From: Macrostomum hystrix
Taxonomy: Eukaryota > Animalia > Platyhelminthes
DNA: 64,000 nt
Direction of reading: 5' to 3'
NCBI GenBank assembly: GCA_950097015.1
Contig: CATNEN010000001.1
Span: 8,928,001-8,992,000, forward strand
The notes under the pieces are model-generated. The model was not told the origin of the DNA. It ran no database searches and was given only the letters and a program-made list of their open reading frames with translations. A program made the position numbers and the translations under genes. This document shows positions 24,519 to 38,300 of the stretch, piece after piece; position 1 is the first letter of the stretch; each line of letters opens with the position of its first letter.

Positions 24519-26336
24519 CTAGTCTTCGTCCATTCGCATCGGCAGGTGTAGCACGTAGGAGCGAATATTGGCGCCCTCGCACCGCGTCAAATCCTTGTCT
24601 GTCATTCGGAGCCACGGCTGACAGCCGCTACCGTCGGCTTCGTAGCTGACGGGCGGTGCGAAATAGGAGGCCGGCATGACGCAAACCCGACGCGACGATC
24701 CGCCGTCCTTGAAGGTGTGCAGAGTGCGTTCCACAGTGCGGGCCAATAGCCGACCATCGGCCACTGATGTTACACCGGGTGGAAGGGACTGTCGTCGCCA
24801 GGCGATGTCATGGATGAGTTTCAGCAGCCGAAGCCACAGCTGGTGGCCCGGCTTGCTAAACAGAAAATTTGTCGCAATATTGCCGCCAGAACCTGACGAG
24901 GCGCTGAGTGCCACACCGCAGTCGACTAGCAGGTGCTCGAAGCTGCGCAGACATCGACTGTCAAGGTCCGCATACACGCCGCCATGTACGTACAGGTAAA
25001 GATAGCGAGATGCGACCAGCCGCTCACTGCGCTTCGTCAGCAGGCGATATGTGGAGCGAAACCAGGGCGCGGAGTCGCGAACTAGACGCTCGTTGTCAGC
25101 CTCAGTCCATAGGCGGTGCCGCCAGCCGTGCATGCAGGACTGCCAGCTGAGCTGCCACGATGCGGCCTGGCGCGAAGCGGCTGCTCCTATCGGAGCTGGC
25201 GCGGACTCGAGCTGCTGATGAACGGTGCGCCAGCTTCTGACCAGGACGCGTTGATTGGATGCGACCGGCGATCTTGGAAGCGGCGCTTTCACTGAAGAAC
25301 CTACGGCCCGCGCTGCCGATGTAGGAATCTGACAATGGAGGCAGCGTAAGAAGTGAGAGATTAATTTTTCTTATATTATTTAAAAGGATTTGCAAGGATA
25401 AGGGATCTTCTAGCACATTAATTAGAGCTTCAAAAATTCTAAACGAAATTTTATTTCCTTCAAAAAGGACGCTTCGTTCTACGAATATCTTTTGATTCAG
25501 TTAACCAACCTGTAAAATGGGTGCAGCATCACACTAACTGTACATCTAGGTGTAAATTCTATCCTATTTTATCACTACTGTAGGGATTAGAAGAAATGTA
25601 TTTCAGTACTATTTCTGTCAGTTGTCACTCATGATAAAAATGCTCATAAATTCTTTTAAATAGACAGTTGTGAAGCGATACAACTTCATATGCAACCCAA
25701 GCCAGCTAGCAAAGGCACAGGTTTTGTTGAAGGTAGAATTGCATTTTCGTCCTAGCTAGCAGGCAAAGCCCCGTATTTTTTCTGTACATGAGCAAACAAT
25801 AAACGATGTTTCCTGGTGAAGTTAAGGCCGGTAGAAAGAGAAGGTAGTGCGCAAACAAAGCCGATAATTTTTTACTTCAGTATCCAGCTCGATTTCGTTC
25901 GTTGATTATGCAGTCTTTGGTTCGGTCAGTAAATACTTTGCAAATCCAATCGTACGAACCATATAGGTGTAATCCATTGTTAAACGGAAGCCTCTTAATG
26001 GACAGATGAAAATTCTGCCCGCGCCTTCTCTGAAAACACGCTGGCTTAAAAGGCCTAGAATCGATTTCGCGTTAATGTTTATAGTATATTGCAGCAGTTC
26101 TGCAGCTCTGCAATGAGCAGGCAATGGCGCGGCTGGCTGTTTGCTCTAGCAAAACAAAGCGCTCTCTTTGCGTGCACTTTTATTCCCAAATACATGGACT
26201 GAGGCCAAACCTTCAACTGTCCAGTAGTGGCGGATCTGGAGTACGCAGCCAGGTAGTAGCAGAGTCCAACTCCGGCAAGGATGAAGCCGAATACCAGCAG
26301 GTGATGCAGTTGCAGCCTTGCAAGCCTGCGCCTCAT
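24519..26336 (-). CDS. GT32-family (DxD; OCH1/SUR1/A4GALT-like) type II membrane glycosyltransferase, 2 exons
   Basis: Exon 26336-26211 encodes an N-terminal TM anchor (LLVFGFILAGVGLCYYL). It joins in phase 0 to exon 25328-24519, which has HRLWTEAD, SRYLYLYVHGGVYADLD and NFLFSKPGH. Confidence 0.85.
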
Positions 26337-27092
26337 GTAACTGATATGCAGGCGGCAGCTGAGAATATTAAACAGCCACCTAACTAGACTGCTTGGATGA
26401 TGCTTTGATACTTTCGAACGAATCTTCTTTTACTTGAAGCACCTCGAACTTAATCCGGGCGCTCGATAGGTAATATTTAATAATAAATAGACAGTTTATA
26501 TCTAAGCCGTTGCTTTTCGAAAACTTTCTCAGAGGCAAACGCGAGCTGTCGAGACTTGGTACGGTCGAAGAGGATTTGCATGAGTGGGAGAAGGTCGGAG
26601 GAAGAGGAGATGAAAACGGCTGAGCGATGCCGTTCCACCAATGGACGCCTACAATCCAATAAGTGCTCAGGCTAGGCTAAGGCCATTGTTCTCAGTATTA
26701 AAGAGAGTGGGGTAGAAAAAAGAGTAGCAGCAGTGCATCTTTCCCATGGCATATTCTTAATAATGCAGTTCTGTATTGCGCTAGCTCTTCAGGAACAAAA
26801 GCATACTAACTTCTGCTCACCTGTATAGTCAAGAAGACTCTAAGCAACTCTACAGCAATCCCGAATCTACATTGTCAAGCTCAGACTTCATAGACCCAAT
26901 TTTTTTATTTAGTAATTTTTTTTTATTGCAATCAATAATTATAAATTACAGGGCCGAGGAACTGTTGACACTGACATATGAACTGACATATTATTTACGA
27001 AATTACCATTAACTTTGAGCACACACGACTGCTAGGAAGCAGTGCACACTATCACTGGGACTTGGTGTTGGCTTTCGTGGTGTGAATTCCAT

Positions 27093-27345
27093 CAGCAGCA
27101 TAGCCTAAGTTTTTTTCTAGGGGGCGCCTCTGGGGGCGCCACTACCAGGGAACCGATTAGGGGGACGCCACATAGTTCTTCAGCAGATTAGGGGAGGGCG
27201 CCACATAGTTTCGATAGCTGATAATGGGGGCGCCACATAGTTTCTTCAGCAGATTAGGGGAGGGCGCCACATAGTTTCGATAGCTGATAATGGGGGCACC
27301 ACATAGTTTCGACAGCACAAATTAGGGAGGGCGCCACAGTTTCGT
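27093..27345. mobile_element. Degenerate end of a MITE related to the 791-1179 element
   Basis: CAGCAGCATAGCC terminus-like sequence followed by GGGGCGCCACTACC / GGGCGCCACATAGTTT repeats. Confidence 0.4.
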
Positions 27346-29756
27346 CAGACGATTGGCAGTCACTTCGCAAACACCATTTAAAAATTGATGAGAAACACTA
27401 ACTCTTTAATTTAACAATTTTAACATCAAGCTGCCAGTTTATTCATACAAAGTTACACAAAGCACTACAGCTTACAGTGAAATGCCAAGGTCAATGCAAA
27501 GAAAACTTCTTATCTGTTTTGGTTACCGTACTAGTAAACAAACTGAAGCCTCCTTCAACTGCAAAAATGATGGCAAGCAAATGAATGCTTATATTTTATT
27601 TACTGGGCAGATGCAGACAGCATAAATCCGCGGAGGGTGTGAGTAAAACAATAACAGAATGAGAATTCTAGGGGCTCAACAATGGGACTCTTTTCCGCTT
27701 AGTTACCCGGGCGAGGTTCCAATACAAAAGTTTGAGCACAATAGACAGATGTCAACCACAATGACGTTAAAACTAGTCTACCTTAAAGCATAAACTATTG
27801 AGCACTAATCAGTGCCTGATGCATTATGCAGCAGCAAGTGCTGGGCAGTAGAATTCCAGGGTTGGATTGCTGAGAGATTGAGCGCTTTGGTATGGCTGAC
27901 TCACAGCTGCCACGCAGGGCGTGGTAGGTCTACTGGCATTGAAATGAGCAGATCTTGAGAAATAGTTCTCAAGCTGATTTACTTGAGATCTCTGGAATCG
28001 AGCTCGGCCTTAGCAGTTATTCAGAGTGTGTAGCTATGCGGTTGCGCTTCATCAATATCAAACGCCCCGGAGTCGAGGCTTGATGATTGACTTTGCTGAC
28101 TTCAATACACATCACACTCTGGCCGCTCAAGCACTGGTCTACAGCGTTTTAGGTGATGTCATGTCAGAGCTTGGCTATCCTCCTGATCGTTAGTTGGTTG
28201 CTGAATGGTCTGCGCTTGCCATGTTGCTCCAAATTATGCGCGTTCCAGAAGACTATTTTATTTACTAAGTCATTCAAGGTATGCCTTGTGGTCAAGGAGG
28301 CACCAATTTTCACAATATTATGCTTAACGAGACTTATTTTGAAGTTGCTGTTATTGTTTTGAAAAAGTATTTTTTGAAGTTACTTTTTCAACTAAAACGT
28401 ATTGATGTGTTGTAGTCTGCTGAGCAGCCTCCAGGCAATCTGAGGAGTCAGCGCAGCCCTGGTGCTGTGGGAGTAGGAAGTCTGCGGTTACCCGTGCACA
28501 CTCACCTCCGCTCGCCACCCCCTCCCCTTTCTCTCTCTTGTTCCAGCTCTGTCTGCGCACTGAGTCATATTGCACGCCATGGTGCAATCGCTTCGGTTCG
28601 GAAGAAGACTGGCAGAAGAACGCTCAAATGCTCCTACTGTAAGTAGAGCACAGTTGGACGAATACACGGAATAATGTTTGCATCGTGGTAGTTCACTTCG
28701 TGTACCCTAGTCGTGCACCTATTCTAGAATTTCTTCTTGCGTTTACGTTCTCTTATGGCTTGAGTTAGCAATCGGCTCTCAATTCACTTTGTGTTCAGTC
28801 CAAGCGACGAAACAAGAGATGAAACACGCTATTTTTCTAAACACGCTAAGTCCGAGATTCCTTAAGACTTAAAAAATTCCCAGTCCCTGAAACCCCATCT
28901 CTACGGGAAAACTTAGCAATCCCAAGCCTGACTACCCTGTTGCTCCACTGTTAGGAAGCATCAGTGTTGAGGCCGTTAAAATCCCCCTGAGTCTTAGCGT
29001 TCCCTGTCTTGGTCATTTCTACCAATTGTGTGTGCCATGCTACCATAGTTACAACAGTATCCATCAAGGTGAAGATGTCTGGGCCTCTGGCATGTGCCTG
29101 TACTCTGTTCTGTTCGAGAGCGGCTTTGAGTGGCGAGATTCAGAGGCGTAGGCGAGTTTCTGTATGCTGCTGCTATATGCTGCGCGCCGCCGCCACGCTG
29201 GTACTTAAGCAGTTGCAAGGTGCTGAGGTCAGTGACCCAACCAGCCGTACATTGTAAATATTATCAGACTGCAGTACAGACACTATTTCGCAGAGGCATG
29301 CCTTTGTCTGTTTGTCGAATAGTCAGGTTTTGTCTCTTTGTCAAACAAGCACTGCCTAACTTTGAATTTCCTCTTCCATATTATATTAATTGATTGAGTA
29401 GCCAATTCATATTGATTGTTGTGCTGGCTCGCTTGATCGAAGCCATTGGAAGCCCAGCAAGACTGGAGTTTAAATCCAGGACTCAGTGCCTTGCAATAAA
29501 CCACTCGAGCCGAGTGAGAATTAAACTGCTAAGCTGTTAAACTGATTAGTGATAGTGATATTTTAGTGATACTTTTATCCCTTCCAATTTGTCGCTGTCT
29601 TTTTTTAAGTAATTATTTTAAATACAACACTTTAAATATTCTGTAAGTAATTTTAAAACTAAGATACTGAACAAGTTGTCCAGCTTTTCAGCACTGAGTG
29701 TGCTATTGTTTTAATCTTGTGAAAGTGTGTCTTTGTTTTTATCATTTTGTGTCAGT

Positions 29757-30480
29757 TGATTGATGACTGGGCTGAGTCCCTCCACAGGGACAGATAGGCG
29801 GGCACCCAGAACTTCGGCAATCCCGTGCCGCAGTTCCGCGCCCGTCTCGCAGGCTTAGAACATCCTTTTGAACCAAAACCGGAAGGATATCCGCGCTCTC
29901 GTCATGACCCTCACGGCCCACGGCTACCTCGCTAGGCACTGTTTCCTCCGGGGCGACCTTGAGAGTGAACTCTGCCCCTTTTGTGAGTACGACAACGAAG
30001 ATGCTGAGCACTTTGTGGGTCACTGCCCTTTCTTTAACAGAGACCGGCTACCTCGGGCCCAACACGTCTATGGACGAGATTTGCCAGACGGACAGCATTC
30101 CACGGCTTGTCCAGTTCCTCCGGGCAACAAGACGAGCCACGTCCTTCCCTGCGGAAGACAACGCTGCAGGACGGACCGGCGGACCACCCTGACCGGCCCC
30201 ATGCCCTCGCCTGTCTCGCCTCGCCTATCATCGAGTTGGCGCCGACACGACCCGGGTCCTCAGCCGCATCGCCGATGGGAGAAGAGCGCTAGCGAGCTGG
30301 CCAGAGAGATATTTTGGTCCGATGAGCCATTCGCATTTCGGCTTCATCCTTCCCCCCTCCGGATGTAGTTGTGTCGGCGTTGCCGATGCCACGTTACCGG
30401 AACCGACATCCCCTGTCCCCTCTATGCAGTCGGAGCCACCGGGGCGCTAGGGGGTCTACGAAACATTTAGGGGAGGAGAC
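29757..30480 (+). mobile_element. 5'-truncated non-LTR retrotransposon 3' end (I/LOA-like)
   Basis: LTAHGYLARH...CPFCEYDNEDAEHFVGHCP is a C-terminal CCHC knuckle. A frameshift near 30045 continues as LVQFLRAT, followed by a 3' UTR. Confidence 0.7.
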
Positions 30481-30529
30481 AGCATAGTGGCATTATCATA
30501 AAAATGTGCAGGAAATTGCACATTTCTCT

Positions 30530-33500
30530 TGCACGCCTCTCCTGATTGTCCCTAAGAAAGACAAGACGATCAGGATAGTCTTAGACTATCGCGAGTTAAA
30601 CAGCCGCTGCCTGAAACATGTCTATCCGCTGCCAGACATTCAGCAGACCTTTGAGCACTTAAGAGGAGCGCAGTACTACTCCGCCCTCGATCTGGCTCAG
30701 GGTTTCTGGCAGATCCCGCTGAGAGAGCAGGATAGACACCTGACCGCGTTCTCAGTTCACAACAGAGGACAGTTTGAATTTACGGTGTTGCCGATGGGCA
30801 TGACGGATTCGGCTGGGTCCTTTCAGCGCTGTATCAACAAGCTGCTGGAGGGGCTGACGCCAAAGGTAGCGCTGGGGTATATCGATGATATACTTGTCCA
30901 CTCGCCTACCTTTGACGATCACCTGGAGCATCTGAGGATGATGCTGACGCGAATCCGTGATGCCAAGTTCAAACTGAAGCCGAAGAAGTGCCACCTGTTT
31001 AAGAGGGAGTTGCAATACTTAGGCCACGTGGTGACACCTGAAGGCATCCTGACGAACGAGGACAAGATCGCCGAGCTCAGAGGCTGGCCGACACCTCGGA
31101 AGCGCGAAGGAACTGCGCAGCTTTTTGGGGTTGGCACAGTACTACAAGAAGTTCGTCCGCAACTACTCAGCGATTGCAGCACCATTGCATGAGCTCACTA
31201 AGCGGGACATTACTAGCTTGAAGGTTCTGTGGAAGACAGAGCATGAGAGGGCTTTCCAGGGATTGAAGGATGCGTTGTGCTCTACGGAGGTACTGGCGTA
31301 ACCGGAGTACACCTCTGACCCGAAAGTCACTTTCATCCTCGACACAGATGCCTCTGATGACCGCATAGGAACTTGTCTGAATCAGCTGCAGTCCGATGGA
31401 GTAGAGAGGCCTGTTGGCTACTACAGCCGGAAGCTGCGAGGGCCGGAGACCCGCTATACTACGACCCGCAAGGAACTGTTGGCAGTCGTAGATGCGATGC
31501 GGCATTTCCGGTACTTCCTGGTTGGCAAGAAGGTTGTGGTCCGGTCTGATCACAAGGCCCTGCTGTGGCTCATGCATCAGACTGAGGCGACAGGCATCTT
31601 GGGCCGTTTGGTTGAGAGGATGAGTGAGTTTGATTTCACCATTGTTCATCGTCCTGGAAAGTCTCACCAAAATGCTGATTCGATGTCGAGAAAGCCGGAT
31701 AACCCGGTCTATTGTTCTTTTGGGGTATTAACACCCCACAACCAGTTCGGTGCGAGTGCGTGCACCCGCCAATTTTCGAGTCAGCTGGAGGAGGGACAGG
31801 AAGGGATCAATAAACAGGGTGAAACCAATGAGGCCGCAGAACCACTGCGAGCTGTGAAACCCAAGGCCCAGAATGTCGCTGACGGCCGATCAGGAAGGGA
31901 AGCAGCTGTGTCTGAAGGACTGGTGGAACAGCCGGTCCTGGAACCTGTCCAGGTGCGCCAAGATAAGGCGGTGCTGCAATGGTGTCAGGAAGACACGACC
32001 GCAGGCCAGCTTTTGAGGCGGGAAGCACCTGTCTACGGGGCTCCGCAGTCAGCTCGTTGCAGCCAGTTCTGCCTGCAGACTGTGGATGCCGCAGTGCAGA
32101 AGGTAGCTACTGAAGGTAGCTGGAGCCAGGGAGCCACAAGGGAGGAGCAATGGGTGCGGGGCTGTGATGCCAAGGCACAGGTGCAGACTCAGGTGGTGGC
32201 GGAAGGCTCAGAGGTAAAGGAAAAGGTGCCCGCTCGTTGCAGCCAGTCCTGCCTGCAGACACCGAATCCTGCTGCTGAGGAGTTCTCAGAAACAGGGGAG
32301 AAGTCGCTGGCTCGATGCAGCAGGTCCTGCCTGCGAGCGACGGATCCCGCTGTGTCAGGGTCCTCGGGTCAGGAGGATCAGCAGTTAGCTCGTTGCAGCC
32401 AGTCCTGTCTGCCGACTGTTGGTCTCTCCGTGGGACATGGAGCAGATGTGGAGGGGCGTTGTCAGACTCATTGCGACCAGTCTCGCCTGTCAAGGACACC
32501 CCCTGCTGCCAGGGCTCCTGGGTCCAAGGACAAGGAGGACGAAGACAATGGAGAGCTGCCTCCGGTAAGAGCAGTGGTGACAGAGTTCCTGAAGGTGCCG
32601 GTTAGCCAGGTCGAGTTGCTAGAAGCTCAGCACCAAGACCCAGCAATCAGGTACCTGACGGAACTGAAGCTGTCAGGAAGGGAAAAGCCCAGGTTCGATC
32701 AGCGACTACAGATGTCGAAGGAGGTCAGAGACCTGCTGGGTGCATTTGAGGAGCTGGAGGTGCGCGACGGGTTACTCGTCATTGACTTTGATGATAACCG
32801 ACCGCCGCGACCGGTGCTACCGAGAGCATTAGACTCGCGCGTATTTGAGGTCATGCATGACTCACCTTTGGCGGGTCATCTCGGCCAGTCCAAGACGGTG
32901 CAGAGAGTGAGAGACAGGTTCTGGAGACCCGGTCTCTGGACGGAGGCAACGGGGTACGTTGCGCGTTGCAGGACATGTCTGGAGAGTAAGTCGAGGCGGA
33001 AGGAGGTGGTCCCACCGCAGAACTTTCCAGTGTGTGAGGTCTTGGGAAGGGTGCATGCCGACGTGATCGGGCCTTTGTCTCAGCCGAGTGCCCGAGGACA
33101 TCGGTACATCCTAACCCTGTGTGATGCAACATCGAAGTACCCGTTTGCCTACCCGATGAGGAACCAGATGACCAAGACAGTGCTCAAACTGCTGCTAGAT
33201 CGGTTTATTCCCGAGTACGGTGCGCCAGCTTGGTTGCACACGGACCAGGGGACGAACTTCATGAGCGCAGAGTTTGAAGACTTCTGTAAGCTGTACGGAA
33301 TCCGTCACACGCAGACGTGTCCCTACAACCCAGCCAGCAATGGCCAGGTTGAAAATCTGAATCGCCAGATTAAGTCAGTGCTCACGTGTTTGTTGGAAAA
33401 GGATCACAGGGATTGGGACCTGATGCTGCCCGCGTGCTTGATCGCGTTGCGCACAAGTGTCCATCCTGTGACCGGGTACACGCGAGTTGCCTCCAGGTCG

Positions 33501-33833
33501 AGTCTCCACGAGCTAGTCGGCCATGAGATCTGCAATGGAGAAGAGGCGAGGAAGGCGTCAGGTGATGTGGTTGTCCAGCCGTCGGACAGTCCGTTGCCCT
33601 CTTCAACCCTGCCCCCTATCCCATCCTCTGTGCACGGGGAAGTTGCAGATAGTGTTAGGGCCGAGGAAATAGGTGAGGCTGCTCAGAATCAGGAAGTAGG
33701 TGAGGCTAGAGATCACGAACCGCGGCAAAGGCCGCAGAGAGTTAGGCGAGAGCCCGAGAGGCTACAGGTTGATCCTAGCAGGAAATCCTACTTCATCAGA
33801 GCAATGTATGGCCTACCTACAATGTTTCAGTGA
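30530..33833 (+). pseudogene. Decayed Ty3/Gypsy pol (RT-RNase H-integrase), 5'-truncated
   Basis: RT (LDLAQGFWQI, YIDD), RNase H (LDTDAS, ELLAVV), integrase (HHCC, HTDQGTNF, NGQVE). Frameshift near 31100 and in-frame TAA at 31299-31301. No gag, protease or LTR seen. Confidence 0.9.
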
Positions 33834-34610
33834 CATACCCTTCCGAAGCTTGGCAAGAAGTAGCCCGAAGCAAATTATAAGAAGAAAATAAACAAAAACA
33901 AGGAAGAAGGAGATGAAAGGCAAAGAGAATAATAGGCCAGAGGAAAGAGTGCCAACGCGCCCACGTCTGATGGGGCTAGTAAGGAAGGTCAACGAGTCGA
34001 CGGAGGTGAGTAGACGGGTGGAGCTTTTAAGGGGCCAATTCGGCAAAAGTGCGCCCTTCCCGTGGGGTCAGCGCTCGCCGAGTTGGCACCAGCATTTTAT
34101 GCCGTCTCTCCCTCGTTCGCAACAGGCGGTCAAGCGCCCTGCTGCTACGCCACTCGGGCCAGCATGCAAGAGGCGGCAGGTAGCAGTGCAGGCGGTGCCG
34201 GAAACCGCAGAAGCCGGCGTGCAGGTACGCCGACCGGCAGCAAGCAGCAGTAGCAGCGGGTCGGACAAGGCCCAGGCGGACCCAGATGAGAATGTATGGG
34301 CTGCTTTGCAAGAGGGCATGCCCTCGGAGGACGAGGGTCTCTCGGACCCAGACTCCTCCGAAGAGTTGCCAGTTGCCGAGGGGCCGGCGGCACAACCACC
34401 ACTCAAATGGCAGCCGCCACAGACCTCGTCCTCCAGCGACAGCCTGGAAAAAGCCGGCGCGCAGGCCAAACCAAGAAGACGGCGAGTTGGCGCCCAACCG
34501 CGCAGACAGCGCCGGGCACAGTGGGGCCACCGGGCGGCGGGTCGAGAACACGCCGTTGGTGAATTGGCGCAGGCATTGGCTAGGGCAGCCCGTGAAGTAC
34601 AAGAAGACGG

Positions 34611-34735
34611 CCCGGCGGGACACCGGCGGAAGGGCGTGGGTTGGGCGCCGGCGCCCCTCTGTACGCCCCACTATGCGCCCTCCCACCAGTGACGGGTGGG
34701 GGGGCGTACGGTTTGGCCAAGCGCCTCGCAGGCTC
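34611..34735 (+). mobile_element. CMC/EnSpm-like transposon terminus 1 (CCCGGCGGGACA plus GC-rich subterminal repeats)
   Basis: About 120 bp matching the reverse complement of 56540-56643. A copy lacking the tip lies at 61116-61215. Confidence 0.7.
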
Positions 34736-35104
34736 TATAATTATTTGTAGCCATATTTCACTTTTCTTTTAAGCTTTCAGCTGAAATGCCTCTGAAATCA
34801 TCCATGAGGTATGAGCTGCAGCTCAGGAGCATTGAGCTAAAAGCTAGGCTTCTCTCACTTTCAAATACACTTTTACCATCCTTTTAACTACCTTAAATCC
34901 ATTTGAACATTTTAAACACCCTTTGATACACTTATTTTACTCTTATTCACTTCTACTTTTGCTTTTCCTTTACTTTTACTTATTTACTTTTCAATTTTCA
35001 GAGAATTCGGATCGAGGTTCTACTTCTTCTTATAGAGATAGTTACTTCTATAATTACTTCTATAGTTACTTCTACTCTCTTCTATATCTCTATAAGAGAT
35101 AGTT

Positions 35105-35119
35105 ATGGATAATAATAAG

Positions 35120-35153
<34 letters not shown>

Positions 35154-35305
35154 TGCAGACGAGCAGCCCATGGAAGCTGCTGCCCACCACGGTGGCAGGC
35201 AGAAGCTCTGCAGTCCAGTGATGGAAGGAGAAGGGAGGGGGCGGGGCGGCCACCACTTTCACGCCGCCGAGGCCCCGGTGCCCTCCCTCACCGGGCAAGA
35301 AATAA
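35105..35305 (+). pseudogene. PolyQ/WW/Pro micro-ORF, copy 1 (TGG>TGA at 35219)
   Basis: MDNNKQn-LQTSSPWKLLPTTVAGRSSAVQ*WKEKGGGGAATTFTPPRPRCPPSPGKK*. Confidence 0.55.
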
Positions 35306-38300
35306 AAAGGTTTGTCTAAGCTACCTATATGTGATACCTTTATTCCTTAATTCTTAATCCTTAATCGTTAATTCTTTAAATAAGCGCTATAGTAGTAAAA
35401 TTAAACCCGTTTGCAGGTGTAAGTTTTCATTGACTCTTGAAGTGGGTGCGGGTTTTGCAATCCGATGACCTGTCCTCAAGAGAGAAAGGGAGTGTGGGAA
35501 TGGCGATAGAGTTAGAAGTCGTACCGCAAAGCCTCGCGATTTGTCGCGGGAAGAGGGATGAAGGGAGAGATGAAGGGAGAGACAGTGGATGCAGGGAGTG
35601 GTCCTCTCGGCCTCAGGCTGGCCAGTCCCACTCAACCCATAGGCCACAGGCATGACTGCCGTGCCTACCCCAAGCAGTGCTCGAAACCGGGTAAAGTCTA
35701 AAGAGATATCGGACTACCCGCAAGCAGGTAGGACAGGGCTAGATAGCCTACTGTCATCAGTAGCATGTACATAACTGACTCCTAACAGTGGTAGCAGTGG
35801 TCGATTCGGCCCAGGCTCTTGTCTTAGAAATGCGGAAAGGCTATTGGCAAAGCGGAAAATGATCTAGGGTAGCGCCACCACCCAATGCGCCTACGTTGCC
35901 ACCGCAGACATTTGGGAACTTGGGTCCCCGGAGTTCACAGCTCCTAGTTTGTCACACAGATCTCAGACAAGCCGAAAAATAGGGCATTCTGTAACTTCCG
36001 TTTTAGACTAGGGCGAAGACCCCAGAATGAATCGAGACACGCCTCAACAGGGGATTCCTGAAACTGCGCTACAGTGGTCTAGAAAGGTGGTACTCCGAAC
36101 CCGAATGAGAAACCCATAGCCAGAATCCTACACCTGGAACATCAAACACATTCCTTACATTAGATTACAGCCTACACATTAAATAACTAGCAAATCCGAA
36201 TCTGCGTGAGATGAGGAGATCAGAGGCAGGAGAGGTTAAGCAGAACACTGGCTGAGTGATTGTGCACGCGATGATTATTAGATCACACCCCTCGCTCCCA
36301 TGGCGGCGGCAGCGAGAGGCGGGGAACAGAAGGGAAACTTAATTGACAAGGGAGGTTGACACGCACTCCTTGATCCGCCAGAAAGAGAGGAAAAGCCCGC
36401 CAAGGAATTTCCCCACCCCTAGCGGAGAAACACATGCTACGCTCCGCATATTACTCGCAAATCCCTAGCTCCATATTACGCTCATGCGCGCTCACAGTTG
36501 TCCTCCTGCCGCAGCTTTCAGCTCGGCATCACCAGAGCCCACCCCTAATGAATTAGCCGCTCATGATTGAGGGCTGTCTAATAGAAAAATAAAGAGAAGA
36601 GAATAGCATGATAAGGAAAGGTCTAGTTGTTATAAAATTGGCCTAATTATTAAAAACGGCAGTCAATTAATAAATGGTTTATTAGGCTAAAATACCGCCC
36701 TTGCCCCGATTGCCCCACTAGCTAAATAATAAATCCCTTAGGGATAACAATTAGTGTCCGCTGCGCGGGTTACTTATCTGATGCTGGCTGACTTTGTTGC
36801 AGGCCGTCGCTCTCGCAGGGATGGGCAAATAAAAGGGGGAACGAGACGAGGAGTTGCTAAACACAGCTGGCAAGGGGCCAGGCTGCAAGGAGCTCGATGC
36901 TCAATTGGAGCTCACCCAAGGAGGTGGCTTATGCTCACGGGATCTAACAGGTATTTACCTGTAGTTATGCTCTGGAGCCTTAGGCTCAGGGGCTAAGTGC
37001 TAGACTAGAAGGGGGAGAGTCCACGGACCGAGTTCCGGGACCGGACAGGGGGAAAAGAGGGTAAGGGGTCGGTAGGAAGGTAGGTAAAGGTGGGAAGAAG
37101 GTCCAAAGGGAGGTTGCTCTAGGCCTAGGGGCAGCGCAGCGCGCTTTCTTAAATAGTCCTGCAGCTCCGTCAACCCCCCATTCATCAAAGCAACCCACAT
37201 GCTCGCCAGCCTGTCAGCGAGGAATCGGGTCGGCATTATGCCACCCCAATTGCCCACCGAAGCGGCGGCGAGAATCGCCAGATGCCCCACTAGGAGCGTC
37301 TGCCGGCAGTCGGCCAATGATTGTGATCCCGCCGGGATATGGGAAGCGCAGGCGCCGACCTGCCTATAGTGTCGTTACATGTATCTAAAGGGGGAAAAGG
37401 TCATAATCGAGCTTCGGCTCGGGTTACAGTAAAGAAAAGGGGACATGAAGAATTAATGCCCACTCTAGACGCATGAGTGATCCCTACAATCTGATCGCGG
37501 TTTGGAGGGGAATTATGACCTAAACTAGTCCATACAGTATTGCTATGGCCGCGATCAGTCACTTCTACAGGAGACTAGACAGATCCGAGGCAAGGGGAAT
37601 CGGCGGCTACTTAATTCACCTCCGCCCCAAGCCTGGCCCTAAGATTAATGATTGTGTTCTGCGGCCAGCTGCTATGTGGGTCGCGATTATTTAGCTACTA
37701 AAAATTGGAAAAATTCCGCTGGCTCACATTCCCACTCGATTCCCGCAGCACACTCCACATCACTCCACCTTCGCTCACTTTCACGTAAGACACTTACGTG
37801 CCTACTGACAGTAGTAGCGGGGTGTCTCGAGAATCGAGGGAAAAATGATAATAAGTACCTACAACATACTGTACAGAACCCTAAGAAGAATTCCGCTAGA
37901 GAAGAAATCCTAGATTATCGTACGTAAAATACTGCTATAAATAGATTTGTGCGAGAGCGCAAAGCGGTCGGCGCCCCTAGCGACTAAGGGATAAAGTCCT
38001 GAGGGGAGGTGGGTGCGCATTCCGGCTGAGTTAAAGTTGTTCTCGTTGCCCAGGGGTGCCGTGTCCCGGCTCGCCTTCTCCTCCAGGTGGCTGCAGCTGT
38101 CCCCGTCTTTCCCTGCCCGGCTTGGTCTCGGTTGCGCAATCCTGGGAGGCTCCGGCCGTTTTCTTCTTAAGTCCGAGGGTCCGGCCGCACTCTTCTCCAG
38201 GTGGCTCCAGGTTGGTTGGCCCGTTCGCGCCTTCCCGATCCCGTTGCCGGGCCGTGGTAGCCTCTTATTCGCCGCGCGCCCAGGTGTTCTCAGCTGGCCA

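Noticed and set aside
27800-29700. Short ORFs or a possible ancient TE relic
   Set aside because: No recognisable motifs, termini or splice structure could be supported.
35700-35770. Hammerhead ribozyme candidates at minus-strand CTGATGA (here and at ~56985)
   Set aside because: No correctly placed GAAA or stem III follows either motif.
36739-36756. I-SceI-like TAGGGATAACA
   Set aside because: Only the first 11 nt of the 18-nt site match contiguously; likely chance.
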